DNA of 64,000 bases, taken from Phoronis australis (lineage: Eukaryota; Animalia; Phoronida). The stretch covers positions 259,121 through 323,120 of the forward strand of contig NMRA01000332.1 in NCBI GenBank assembly GCA_002633005.1. The letters run 5' to 3'. The notes under the pieces were generated by a model, which did not search any database, was not told the origin of the DNA, and worked only from the letters and a program-made list of their open reading frames with translations. A program made the position numbers and the translations under genes. Of this stretch, positions 25,871 to 39,504 are shown piece after piece. How positions within the stretch are numbered: the first letter of the stretch is position 1; each line of letters starts with the position of its first letter.

Positions 25871-26809
25871 GATAGGCCTCTATCGCATGCGTATATGTGT
25901 CCTTTAACTAAGTGTGTTGGCTACAAAAGCGCTTGTGGAAACGCCAACAGCTTTGAGTAATTCATCGTTCGCAAACTGGCTATAATCGCTAGTAGCAAAA
26001 AGCGCCACAGTCTTGTGAACTGCTCTTTGAATTACCCTAAAAGTACTAAGCGTTTTTGCTTGCGTTTTAGCCAGTAAAACGGCTAGTGTTTTCGCCACTC
26101 GTGCAAACCTAATATCAAACCGACGTTCACATGATTTTTTTATTCTGCTTCAAGCGGAAGTGCCACCGAAAACATCCTGCGCCTTAGCCAGTTTGTGAAC
26201 GGGGTTTAAAAGACAACGGATCCGCATTATCGCACGGTTCTCAGACATATATTCCCCAGCCTTTCGCCTAAAGAGTTTCCGAGTGTTGTATTCGTTCGTC
26301 TTATAGACATATTTAAAAGCAAACTAAACACTATAGAAATCAAGTTCTTGGAACATTTAAGTTATCTCCAGACAGTCAATTTTCGAAAGCTGGTTTCAAT
26401 GCTTTTAAAAAAATAAATAACACATTAAATAACACATCTTGACTATCACATTATCAAGTTTGATTCCCAAACTCCCCCACCAGTCAATAAATTTTTGTGT
26501 GAGCAATGTTGTTTGCCGGTTGTCTATCATGTAAGATAGTTGCCATAAGGAATTTTATCTCACAATATAATTATAAGCTCGAGAGGTAAACCCGTCACTC
26601 ACATGACAGACCCGAGGTCGATATGATTCTTCGTCTTGTCACTCTTGGGGATTTATAAGTTTTTTCTACCCGCGCAACGGTGACAAGAAAATTTATTAGG
26701 TACCTTCTGAATTTGGTAAACCTTTTCAGTGATTGAACGGCTTTTATTAGACTGCTGCGAAGTTGAGCATACTTGTGCGTAGAAAACAACTTTGAAAGTG
26801 TAACAGAAA

Positions 26810-29800
26810 ATGTTTCGTGCAGTTTTGGTCATAGGCTTCATCTATCGTGTAAGTCATTTTGCATACGCATGCAGTGATACGGAATTGACAATAGAAGGAG
26901 ATATAAGTTATTCATCGCATGTCGTATACGGTGAAGTGGTCGACAAGGTGTTCGACCATCGGAATATCGGTGACGATCCGGGGAAAAACACGTCAACAGT
27001 CACGTTTAAAGTTTTGTGCGTTCTGAAAGGCTCGTCACTGGAACAGAAGATAAAAGTTCACAGAGCAGGTATTTTTTATTTTCTTATCAAGCGTACAACT
27101 CAGATAAACACACCAGAAGCATTCAATTATCTGACCCATACTACATTACACGCGTGAACAAACATTGTCCATATACAATGTACAAACCTGTTCGTGTATG
27201 TTTGCTGCCAATGCGTCAGAAGTTGACTGTGGGTTTGTTGAGGCAGATATGTTTTGATATTGTGCGTAGATGAAGAGAGAATGAATAAATCCAATAATTA
27301 AACTATTATATGATAACCACTAATTAAGAAAAGCGAAACTTGTTGTTAATTAAGTTATCTAACTATGAAGAGGAGTAACTACGATAACGCCCTAAGTAAG
27401 GATTACTAATTCAATCAATTAACTATAAATAATCGAACGTCTTATCTGTTGGATGAGAGTCCTGTTGGTGAATCTTCAAACTAACACACACTGTACAGCC
27501 AATGTGTACTTGCTGGTCACAGCAAGGAGTGTACCGGTAGTACACTCCTTGGTACAACTCTTCGTCACAGTTCTTGGTGACGCAATACTTGCGGGTAGTA
27601 TCTTATACCCACGATGCAAGTGATATTAAGCTCTTGGTTAACTTCCTGTTCGTCCCTTGCCCTTGCCAAGATCCTCTTTAGAGTCTTCCACGAGATGGCT
27701 CTGTTGTACACGTTCTTCTGTACACAAAGTAGCAAGTCTTCTAGCTTCAACTACTTAATCCCATCTGAATACTTTCAAGACTTCTGTCCAAATTATAATG
27801 ATATACTTACTTAATACCATCTAAAAATAGATCTTGACGTCAAAAATACATGTAAATAAGTTTGACCACATGATTTAAAAGTACATATGCACAAATTTTG
27901 GGCAACTTAAATGGAACTATATGTATTAATTACTTAATCAATATTTCTTCTGACAGAATGATTTTGCAATTCATATAGGTATGAGAGCTCCCATGAAAAG
28001 CAGTGTGAACTGATGGGGCTATCCTCATTGTAAATATTACAATAACAAATAAATAAATAAATTCAGCGGTTGTGGTGCGAAGTTCGTGTGTATGCGCACA
28101 CTATCATTGAGAAGTGCGATCAAAAGTTGTCTTAACCTCACCGATAAGCATTGAAAGTTTCAAAAAAATCTGCGGGTCCGATCATTCCTCTAAGAGTATG
28201 TATATATGCTGTTGAATAATATCTGAACATGTTAAAATCATAAATGACCTGGCATGTAAAAATGACATAACGCCAACCTCGATGGTTGCAATAGAGAATA
28301 TTTACACAGGATTTTGGCTACCAATTCTTCTTGTTTAAAATAATTATACATCACCATGAAAATTGTACCTTCTGCAATACAGAAAGAAACTCTAGAATAT
28401 TATTGTTTTTTAATGTAACATGACTCGGAATTTTCTGTCAGATGTTAGTGCTTGGTTGTTGGCTAAGAGGGGTTTACATTTAACAATTAATAGAAAGGTC
28501 ACGTGAGAATTTTGGGAACATTGTTAAAAAAGGCAACAAAATCTTAACTGAGTGTTGTTGAACTGTAGAAAAATATTTAGTTGTTGAATCAGAAAGCGTT
28601 CTTTAAATGTAAACACTTTTTGTAATCATTGTTTATTCTACACGTTCTTCTGTTGCTGGCAATGTTTCTTCTAAAAAATCAAAACCGACACGGGCAAGAG
28701 ATCTTTTATCTATGCAGCTGCTATAATATGGAATTTTTTTAGCCCAGAAATTAAACGGTCCAATTCAATTACTACATTTAAAGTTAATGTTAAAAAGTGG
28801 CTGTAATTTACTTAAACTTTTATACCCTGCCTGTCTTAATCATGTCATTTTTTCATTGTCGTAAATACTCTCATTGTCTAGAGTCATCTCTTAATTTATT
28901 TCATCTGTCTTAGTTAATTTTTTACCATTATTTGTCATTTAGTTATTGTCTTAATTCTCAACCTTAACTGTTTTAATTGTATCTTTGTTACGTATATTTC
29001 ATTGTTGTTTTATTACTTCATTGTATTATATTACTGTTTTTCTTGTTGAGGGCCCTCTTGGAAAGCAGTGCTATCACTGAAGAGGCCACCCTCATTTTAA
29101 ATATCACAATAATAAATAAATAAATAAATAAATAAATAGAAAACGTACAGAATACGTTCGTCTGAAAAATAGTAAGTCTATTTTTGGCTAGTCAACTATT
29201 TTGCTGATACAGCTTACAAATAAATGTAATGGAAAAACTCCCATATATACATGTATGTGTGTGCGTGTGTGTGTGCGTGAGCGTGTGTGTGTGTGCGTAT
29301 TATTATATGTAATAACGTAACTTGAAATCCGTATAATTCGATAGCAATCCTTCGTTAACACAAACTTCGTTGCGTTGAAAACACGATTGGACGTTTTCTT
29401 CGACAGCTTAATACAGACTCGCTTGTAGTGTCGAAAACGATCCCCTTTCTCTAGGCGTGGTAGCAAAACACCGAGAGACATAACCATTAAAGCTTTATTT
29501 CGAGACCGCATTTCTTATCATCAAGCAATGACAGAGTCAAATGCGATCTCGAAATATGACCAGTGTTTGGATTTGTTTGTCTGTTATTACGTCTCTCGGT
29601 GTTTTGCTATAAAGCTGCACGCTGAAGAAAGGAGATTGTTTCGACACTACGAGCGTGGGAAGATATCAAACAAAAAGTCCAATTGTGTTTTCACAGTAAT
29701 GTAACTATGCAAAAAACGCCAAATATGTATCTGAAAAAACGGTCTTCAGTTATCCATAAAATCCCATTCCTTTGCGTAACTATTTACGAATCTCGTTTTC

Positions 29801-32800
29801 TTTAAAACCGCTACAAATCGTGTCCATCGCAAAGACATTGCGTTGGAATTGAAATTCGTTACCATAAAAACGTTCGAAGTACCCCTACTTCAGACATTGA
29901 AACAAATCGGCAGCCGACAAGCAGCTAGTTTGAAACAAATTTAACTGTCACTCATTCTCAAGTTTAGTAATTATTTCTAATCTAAGTAAGGAACAGCAGG
30001 CGGTTTAAATCAAAAGTCTGCGAGAGTTTATTGCAGTTGTATTTATTCGGGATGCTCTGTTTTGCAGGACAACAGGGGTCAGGGCACTGCTTCAGTAATG
30101 AATTCGTTCTCGGTCGGAAATACGTAGCGTTTTTGAAACGGCGCCAGAATGGACAACTTGTGCCAGTAGCACGCGAAACAAGCGAGAATGATAAGGAAAA
30201 GGTCTTTGAAGCGTGCGGCTTGAGTGGAAACAACATTTGCGCTAAAGGTAAGTTACAGCTAGGTACCCGTGTTCGGAGAGTGCGCTGGCCAGATGATAGA
30301 ACTGATTTATTCTTGATTAATGTCCAGTAATTCAAAGCACAGCTTGCATGTTCATGGATGTCACTTTAATGTCGTAAAGTGTTAAAATTTACCACTGATG
30401 CATGCGCGCACCCAGCCTTCAATTTGGGNTACGTCAACAGAAACGGGCAGCAAAGGAATTTGCGGGTGTTGGTGGTGGAATGAACCATTATCTATGGGTG
30501 AACCGCGTTGTTCGATGGGGGTTGCACTCATTTATATGCTATCGACCAAAGACACTCGCGAAGCTGTTCCGGCGAGAAATCTTTCGCTTACGGAACGGAA
30601 TCAGTGAACTATATCCCACAGTTCAACATTCTAACATCGCAGTCCAATCAGCGCGACTTTAGTGTCCGCCATTTTGATACGATAGGATCTGTGAACCTGC
30701 ATGCTTTGAGTACCCCTTCTGAAAACCTGCATCCCGGCGTTCATACGTAACGTTTTCCCATCAATTTTGTGGCGAAAATAGAATTTGCTTAGGTTTGTTC
30801 ACAGAACTAGAAAAAAATACAGTCGCGGGCTAAATCTGAGAAAGAAAACGAATATTGCAACATTAGCCAACGCAGCAAAAGTAAATGAACCTGACTATGA
30901 CACGCAGACTGATTTGCAAAAGTTTAGGCAGCCTCCCCTAGCATAACCTGGCCTTCTTATTCGGATTGGGTGTTATTTTTCCCCAAACCTAGAAATCACG
31001 TCTAATACAATAAGTAAAGGAACGATTCAAGAGCAGTTTTACAACTGAAAGTGGTCGAAATTAAAACTTATTTTTTACAGTGGAAAGTTTGCAGCTAAAA
31101 ATGTCACCAAGTAGGCCTACTAGGTGTAACACGAGTAGGCCATCCCACCACGATGGATTTGTTTGAGTCGACATATCCTGTTATCTCTAAGTTTGGAACT
31201 ATTTTGGGAACTCTGTATTGCACATGGTGATATCTGTGGATTGTTGCATGGAGATTTGAAGTGGAGATATAGTACGGGAGGTTTATGAGAAAATGAAGTG
31301 AATCATAAATAGTCTGACCCAGTAATGCAGTTCCGTATCGGAAAATGTTACCAGTATAACCACTGAGAAGTCCCACAAAATTCGAATTAAGTCAGTTTGT
31401 GCCTGTTCTACTCAATAAACTAAGTCAAGTATAACCCATTTATTCTTGAAAAAGGGTGCACTTCCCACCTGAAAAAAGAACAGGCGGGAGAATTCTGTTG
31501 CGGTAGGTGGTCTATCTAAATTGGCAAATTTCACTTTCTGACGTATCCGCCTTATGTGACACATTGCAACAATTAAAGTACTACTTAACTTTCAGTTCAG
31601 TTAAACAATTAAATGTCTTTCGTTGCAGGGCTACAGCAACTCTTAGTGGCAAATGACAGTCTGCTGATGTGGCAGTGCCCTCTAGTGTCAGAGAAGAAAT
31701 GCCCAACACCCACTATCCCTGGACCGTTAGTGCCGCGGACAAAACGACCCCGGACACCCCCACGTAAGATACCAAGTTATACACGATATTACGGGCACTT
31801 GGTTTACTTTTTAAGAAACCGTTTAGTAAAAAAGAATATATTGCCCAACGCAGTCGTGTAGCTGGCGGCATACCGCAGTTGTCTAAGTACAATTCCACTG
31901 AAGAGCACGCTTGACGACGGCGACTGCGTGACAAGTTGTTTGAAGCAAAAGCTATGACATATTTTGGAGGTCAAACCAACCAATTCTCAGTATCTGTTTT
32001 GAAATTCATCTCTCACCTGGGTTGAGTTCCGTTGCCGCAAGAATCTCGGGAAGGAAGCGCGATCACGTGCTTCGCTTGTAATACGCGGCGATATCTCGCG
32101 AACTCTCTGGCGTCTTTGCGTGATTCTCGCGTCTACGGAAATTGCTTGAGGAGAAGCAGCGGAGACGCGGTTTTCATCTTAGGAAATAACCTCGGTTGTT
32201 CAACTACTACTAATAAACGGGAATGTGACGGTGATTTTATCAATCTCATTTTTCTCTGAGTTTAAAGCTTCATTATCAATTTCTTTAAAAACTAAATTGA
32301 TTAAAATATTGCAGTTCTTCAGTAATATTATTGCGTTTTTTAAAATTTTCAAAAAGAAACCAGCAGTCGCCTGGTGCCAGTTGAAATGTGTGTGATTCTT
32401 CTTTCTCAGTGCCCAGCGCCACCTGATCTTTGAGGCGCAGCTTTTAAAATGAATTGAGCCCCTACCTAGTTCTGTCATCATGTCAGACAGGAAATTGAGT
32501 TTGTAACGGTCATGCGCACAGTCACCAGAACGGCGAAAGCAAAAGAATACAACACAGCTTACTCGAACGTTTTCGGTGTCACTTCCTTATACTACCAGTT
32601 TGAAGAATTGTTATTTCTGATAAGTTCATGTTTTTATGTTAAGTAGAATATGTCAAGTTGATAAAATATTATCAGAAGGTTAACAGTGCCCCTTTGAACT
32701 ACTGTATTACTGAATACTTGGCGAAACATCTGTGACGAGGAGCCAAACGTTAGTTTTGCTAACATTTTTCGGAATGGGTTTCAGTTAAGGTTCCAACTCC

Positions 32801-33900
32801 CACGCCGCCAACAGCAGTCGCCACTAAACAGCCAACAGGTTCCACGGCAGGCATGGCCGTACCCACTCCAGCTTACCAACATGTACCAAATTACATTTAC
32901 TGTGTCTCCTCAGGTAAGTGCAAATGCATAACCAACCACACAGTAACAGTTACGTGCATTTATGTTCGACATATAATAACATTAGTACATAAAATTTTCT
33001 GGATGTAAGGAAAATCACTTTTTAAAAAATATTACAAAATGTATATGGATGACTAATCGGAGAAGATACGCGGAACTAGGCTTTCACATTGGTAAAATCG
33101 GTCTAGGGATATCCGTCTGTGTGACAGTAATACGATTCTATTTCCGTTACCAACTCAAGTCACAGGCAATGTGCTGTATTCGAATTCGCAATTCTAGGAG
33201 TTGGTCAAACACAATAAACCATGAAACATTTTCTTCAATAGCTCATTGTTTCGCCGTATTATTGTTGGTAACGGCAATAGAATCATTTCACGATCGATTT
33301 ATGATGAAAGCAAAAGACCTTAATATTCGAATTTCTTTGTTTTTAGCCAGCCGGTACAATGCAGCTTTAAATTGCTTAATTACCAGCGCATTTTGGAGAC
33401 AACTTAGTTAAGCAATTTAATTTCGTAACTTTCTTAAAGCTATTATGAATCTTCCAGGTAATAAGTCCTATAACTATTGATTTAGGCCACTTACCGGTAT
33501 AAACGGAGCCTGAATTTATTTTTTCCTTACGCAGGTTAGAAGTGATTTCCGGATTTGAGAAGAATTGATACTTCATTATTGACATGATATGCCATGGTCA
33601 GTGTATAAAATGACCCGCCGGGTCAGCCAAGACAACTTATTAAGCCTGGTATCAACCAATAATGAACTCTCACTTCTCCCCACGCCATGGATACATTTTT
33701 AGTCTGCACGCAAAACGACATGATAACAAATTTGTGTAAATCAAAAGTATTTTAACTTTTTAGAAATAATCCAAGAATCAAGCACTTCAGAACCAGACAC
33801 GACGCCAAAGGGGGTTAACACAGGGCACCAACTTGTATACAGCAGTTTTCTTGTGAACGGGCTTGCGACGGTTATAGTTCAGAGATGCCTTTTTACTTGA
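26810..33900 (+). CDS. Uncharacterised secreted/GPI-anchored protein with NtA/TIMP-like (agrin N-terminal/CCDC3-like) domain, 5 exons, 279 aa
   Basis: Exons 26810-27068, 30068-30247, 31629-31763, 32785-32913, 33764-33900; all introns GT-AG phase 1; 840 nt open. Signal peptide ending AYA-C; VVYGEV, FKVLCVLKG, C..YVAFLK pattern; P/T-rich linker; N-T-G plus hydrophobic tail. The duplicate last exon differs by 3 synonymous and 2 missense changes with no indel. Confidence 0.8.
27985..28060 (+). mobile_element. L2/Crack-type 3' tail (short truncated copy)
   Basis: gagagctcccatgaaaagcagtg..actga..ggctatcctc..aaatattacaat(aaat)n, similar to 29048-29138. Confidence 0.5.
28440..29138 (+). mobile_element. 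5'-truncated CR1-group (L2/Crack-like) LINE fragment
   Basis: Decayed C-terminal peptide TGKRSFIYAAAIIWN..PEIKRSNSITTFKVNVKKWL*, AT-rich 3'UTR, terminal stem-loop and (TAAA)n tail. The 5' boundary is approximate. Confidence 0.7.
29253..29297. repeat. Imperfect (GT)n microsatellite
   Basis: gtatgtgtgtgcgtgtgtgtgtgcgtgagcgtgtgtgtgtgtgcg. Confidence 0.85.
29376..29693. repeat. Imperfect palindrome of about 320 bp (MITE-like) in intron 1 of the NtA-like gene
   Basis: Nested inverted pairs: tgaaaacacgattggac/gtccaattgtgttttca, gtagtgtcgaaa/tttcgacactac, tagcaaaacaccgagagac/gtctctcggtgttttgcta, tatttcgagaccgcatt/aatgcgatctcgaaata. Confidence 0.8.
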
Positions 33901-36900
33901 TTGGATATTCAAATTAATAGCAACAGATTGGACGTTCTGCAGTCGGATCTCTGGCAAAAGGCATTGTTGACTAATTAAGCGTACAAATGTAAAGATATAA
34001 CGGTCAGTTTGTGTGTGCTGAATTCGTTATTGAGCAATTTGTTACAAACAGCGTAAACTCCCGGAATATTTTGTATAGACCGCTGTTGTACGTTATATCA
34101 TATGGTGGTGTACGGTGTACATGTCTTGTGTTTGAAGAACCATATATGTTTCAATCAACACATTCAGTCCAACGATTTTATTTACCTTGCCTAACCTTAT
34201 ACGTTCATGTAGAAGACTTTAATCACATTTTTTATCAAATAATTTTATTTATTTATTTATTTGCATCTTGAGAACTCTATTTTGTGCGGAAACGCAACGC
34301 GTGCGCACCTGATATGCTGACCTGACGTTCAGTAAATTGTTAAAAACACCAGAGAAATGCATGGGAGTCCAAGAAACGGCACACGGCATTGTGCCGTCAG
34401 CAATGGCGTGATCTTGGCGGTATTAATGCCATCATTGTAGTAACTGATGGATCCTTCATCGGATGGTGAAACTAATCGTGCGGGATGGGGCTATCAAATA
34501 CGCTGTGCTAACAACGTCATTGCGGAAGGTAGTGGCTGCCACCATATATACACAAGCAGTACGCGGATGGAGTTTGAGGCTATACAACGTGCCCTAACCA
34601 AGCTGTCACTCCTAGACCTGGAGAATCACACCATTATCTTTGCCACCGATTCCATGGCAGTGTTGATGAAAGTTCAATCTGGAAACCTCCCAGCCAACTG
34701 GGGTGTCTTCCGATCACGCCACCCTCATCATGTGGTGATCTGGTCTTTCGTACCTGGCCACGCCGGTGTCTTGATTAATGAGCGTGCAGATTACCTCGCT
34801 GGCTCATGCATCACCAACCAACCCCTCTACTTATATTCGGCTGACGTTAAGCTGCTGGCTCGCAAACGCAACCTCGAGCAGACTGCATCCCAGCTGACTG
34901 AGTTCAATGATGGCAGCCGCCTGCTCGAAGCCGGTATTATTTATGGCCATGCTGCGAAGAGTCACAAGAAGGGCCGTGCCCGAGTGCTGTCTAATCAAAT
35001 GCTTACAGGCAACGTCAGCCCTGGAGTTCTGCGCCTTCTGCTATCACGGGGATGGTCTGGGGAGGGGATTAATGCACCAGCATATCCCCAATGAGCCTGT
35101 CCGTGACAGGTATATTACAGGTATATAACGGCACACGTAACTTAACCAAGTTATCAAATCATGCAAATCCAGTTATTTCTATATTTGTAATGCGTAAGTA
35201 TTATTACCATGGGTTTGCACAATTTCTTGCTTCACAGCACGTGTAAATTGCGTATGTATGTGAAACCGTAGTGTTATACCGATATTCCGGGGTAACTTTA
35301 GGTCTGCACGCAAAGTTCGCGAATACTCGATCAAGAGGGTACTCCAATAGGAGACGTACATGGAACATGTCGCTAAGATGGAAGACCGAGAATTGCCCTG
35401 CGAAAGGGTGCCTTTTCCGACAAAATTCATACCAAAGGACGCCTTTCCGATTTTCCCTGCAAAGATTTACATTGGGAGTTCAATCATTTATACACGATTA
35501 TCATTTCTATTTACCAAACTCTACAGACGGGGTGTATACTCTTCACTTCAGACTTTGATTGCAAAAATTGTACTCATTTTTGACAACATGACGTCTCCTC
35601 TTATGCTGTTTCGGTATTAGTCGATAAAATCGCGGTTGACCAAAATCCCTTCGACAGGGTTACATTCATGAAAACTCCGACAAAATGGTAGTATTTCTGT
35701 ATCAAAACCTGACAGAATGGCAACTTTGATGGGAGCTCTTTACAAATGGGTCCTTTTTGAGTATAAGTCTCTAAGCCGGTGGGTATCATAATTTTTCACT
35801 TGCGCCCTCATAAAAATTTTTGACCGCGGTGCGGCGCTGAAGTCGTGAAGAACGTATTTTCGTACTAAGGAGATAACATGGAAAGGATTGGCCAGTATTT
35901 GGTGTGCTTTAGTAAATTTGAAAACGTTTGTAACATACGTTTTAATATATTTACACTCCAGGCAAGGAATAAGAAGGAAATAACATTCTAAAATAATCAA
36001 AGAATGTCTCACCGTTTGTCTTTTTCAGTTTTCAGTGATGCATATCAGCACTAGACATCTTACACGTAGCGCACATGAAGGGTTACGTTAATTAAATTCA
36101 ATATGCGGGCAGTAGGCCTAAATGTGAACAGCGTTTCTGAGCTGTAATAAAACGAATCAGAAAACTGTTGAATAGTTTCTTCTCTATCAATCCCGCGATA
36201 ACGGGAGCAGAAAATGGGAAATTCTAGAAATAATTTCCACAAACGCAATTTCCAGGCCACGCCCTCCATACTTATCGTCGCGAAGTCCCACATAGCAAAT
36301 ATGGATGGACATTCCCTGTACACGCATTACAACTACAGATTCTTTGCGATGTGTTCCCGATGATAAGCAGTGAAACCGTTATCAGCGTTGGACCACACAA
36401 TCACAAAGGGGATTTGGGAATTGCACACCAGCATAACCTCGATTCAAAGTATTCGAGGCCACTTCAAAGTTTATTAGCCCATTCACATCAACTGAGCTTC
36501 TTTCAGATNNNNNNNNNNNNNNNNNNNNNNNNNNNNNNNNNNNNNNNNNNNNNNNNNNNNNNNNNNNNNNNNNNNNNNNNNNNNNNNNNNNNNNNNNNNN
36601 NNNNNNNNNNNNNNNNNNNNNNNNNNNNNNNNNNNNNNNNNNNNNNNNNNNNNNNNNNNNNNNNNNNNNNNNNNNNNNNNNNNNNNNNNNNNNNNNNNNN
36701 NNNNNNNNNNNNNNNNNNNNNNNNNNNNNNNNNNNNNNNNNNNNNNNNNNNNNNNNNNNNNNNNNNNNNNNNNNNNNNNNNNNNNNNNNNNNNNNNNNNN
36801 NNNNNNNNNNNNNNNCGGAGAAGATACGCGGAACTAGGCTTTTACACTGGTAAAATCGGTCTCGGGATATCCGTCAGTGTGACAGTGATACGATTCTATT

Positions 36901-39504
36901 TCCGTTACCAACTCAAGTCACAGGCAATGCGCTGTATTCGAATTCGCAATTCTAGGAGTTGGTCAAACACAATAAACCATGAAACATTTTCTTCAATAGC
37001 TCATTGTTTCGCCGTATTATTCTTGGTAACGGCAATAGAATCATTTCACGATAAACAATGTTATGAGATCGATTTATGATGAAAGCAGAAGACCTTATTC
37101 GAATTTCGTTGTTTTTAGCCAGCCGGCACAATGTTAAATTGCTTAATTACCAGCGCATTTTGGAGACAACTTAGTTAAGCAATTTAATTTCGTAACTTTC
37201 TGAAAGCTGTTATGAATCTTCCAGGTAATAAGTCCTATAACTATTGATTTAGGCCACTTACCGGTATAAACGGAGCCTGAATTTATTTTTTCCTTACGCA
37301 GGTTAGAAGTGATTTCCGGACTTGAGAAGAATTGATACTTCATTATTGGCATGATATGCCATGCTCAGTGTATAAAATGACCAGCCGGGTCAGCCAAGAC
37401 AACTTATTAAGCCTGGTATCAACCAATAATGAACTCTCACTTCTCCCAAAGCCATGGATACATTTTTAGTCTGCACGCAAAACAACATGATAACAATTTT
37501 GTGTAAATCAAAAGTATTTTAACTTTTCAGAAATTATCCAAGAATCAAGCACTTCAGGACCAGACACGACGCCAAAGGGGGTTAACGCAGGGCACCAACT
37601 TGTATACAGCAGTTTTCTTGTGAATGGGCTTGCGACGGTTATAGTTCAGAGGTGCCTTTTTACTTGATTGGATATTCAAATTAATAGCAACAGATTGGAC
37701 GTTCTGGCAAAAGGCACTGTTGACTAATTAAGCGTACAAATGTAAAGATATAACGTTCAGTTTGTGTGTGCTGAATTCGTTATTGGGCAATTTGTTACAA
37801 ACAGCGTAAACTCCCGAAATATTTTGTATAGACCGCTGTTGTACGTTATATCATATGGTGGTGTACGGTGTACATGTCTTGCGTTTGAAGAACCATATAT
37901 GTTTTAATCAACACATTCAGTTCAACGATTTTATTTACCTTGTGTGACCTTATACGTTCATGTAGAAGACTTTAATCACATTTTTTATCAAATAATTTTA
38001 TTTATTTATTTATTTATTTGCATCTTGAGAACTCTATTTTGTGCGGAAACGCAACGCGTGCGCACCTGATATACTGACCTGAAGTTCAATAAATTGTTAA
38101 AAACACCAGAGAAATGCACGGGAGTCCAAGAAAGGGCACACGTAACTTAACCAAGTTATCAAATCATGCAAATCCAGTTATTTTCTATATTTGTAATGCA
38201 TATGTATTATTACCATGGGTTTGCACAATTTCTTGCTTCACAGCACGTGTAAACGGCGTATGTATGTGAAACCGTAGTGTTATACCGATATTCCGGGGTA
38301 ACTTTAGGTCTGCACGCAAAGTTCGCGAATACTCGATCCCGAGGGTACTCCAATAGAAGACGTACATGGAACATGTCTCTAAGATGGAAGACCGAGAATT
38401 GCCTTGCGAAAGGGTGCCTTTTCCGACAAAATTCATACCAAAGGACGCCAAACTGATTTTCCCTGCAAAGATTTACATTGGGAGTTCAATCATCTATACA
38501 CGATTATCATTTCTATTTACAAAACTCTACAGTAGGGTGTATACTCTTCACTTCAGACTTTGATTGCAAAAATTGTACTCATTTTTGACAACATGACACC
38601 TCCTCTTATGCTGTTTCGGTATTGGTAGATAAAATCGCGGTTGACCAAAATCCCTTCGACAGGGTTATATTCATGAAAACTCCGACAAAATGGTAGTATT
38701 TCTGTATCAAAACCTGACAAAATTTCAACTTTGATGGTAGCTCTTTACAAATGGGTCCTTTTTGAGTATAAGTCTCTAAGCCAGTGGGTATCATAATTTT
38801 CCACCAGCGCCCTCATAAAAAATTTTGACCGCGGTGCGGCGCTGAAGTCTGGAAGGACGTATTTTTGTACTAAGGAGATAACATGGAAAGGATTGGCCAG
38901 TATTTGGTGTGCTTTAGTAAATGTGAAAACGTTTGTAACATACGTTTGAATATATTTACACTCCAGGCAAGGAATAAGAAGGAAATAACATTCTAAAATA
39001 ATCAAAGAATGTCTCACCGTTTGTCTTTTTCAGTTTTCAGTGATGCATATCAGCACTAGACATCTTACACGTAGCGCACATGTAGGGTTACGTTAATTAA
39101 ATTCAATATGCGGGCAGTAGGCCTAAATGTGAACAGCGTTTCTGAGCTGTAATAAATCGAATCAGAAAACTGTTGAATAGTTTCTTCTCTATCAATCCCG
39201 CGATAACGGGAGCAAAAAATGGGAAATTCTAGAAATAATTTCCACAAACGCAATTTCCAGGCCACGCCCTCCATACTTATCGTCCCACATAGCAAATATG
39301 ATGGACATCCCCTGTACACGCATTACAACTACAGATTCTTTGCAATGTGTTCCCGATGATAAGCAGTGAAACCGTTATCAGCGTTGAACCACACAATCAC
39401 AAAGGGGATTTGGGAATTGCACACCAGCATAACCTCGATTCAAAGTATTCGAGGCCACTTCAAAGTTTATTAGCCCATTCACATCAACTGAGCTTCTTTC
39501 AGAT
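33058..39504. repeat. Duplication of about 2.7 kb across an N-gap (33058-36508 vs 36816-39504)
   Basis: Collinear copies with a few percent substitutions and small indels; includes a second copy of the NtA-gene last exon (37531-37667). Both copies end at the gap, suggesting haplotype duplication. Confidence 0.9.
34386..35126 (+). mobile_element. 5'-truncated I-group (Ingi-like) non-LTR retrotransposon, RNase H domain
   Basis: 11-bp TSD aacggcacacg (34375-85, 35127-37); absent from the duplicate copy. RNase H motifs IVVTDGS (one frame upstream, 1-nt frameshift), GWG, MEFEAI, FATDS, VPGHAGV..NERAD. The 3' tail is (ACAGGTATAT)x2. Confidence 0.85.

Noticed and set aside
34447-35094. Host RNase H1 gene
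   Set aside because: Intronless, flanked by a TSD, absent in the duplicate copy, and the first catalytic Asp motif is out of frame.
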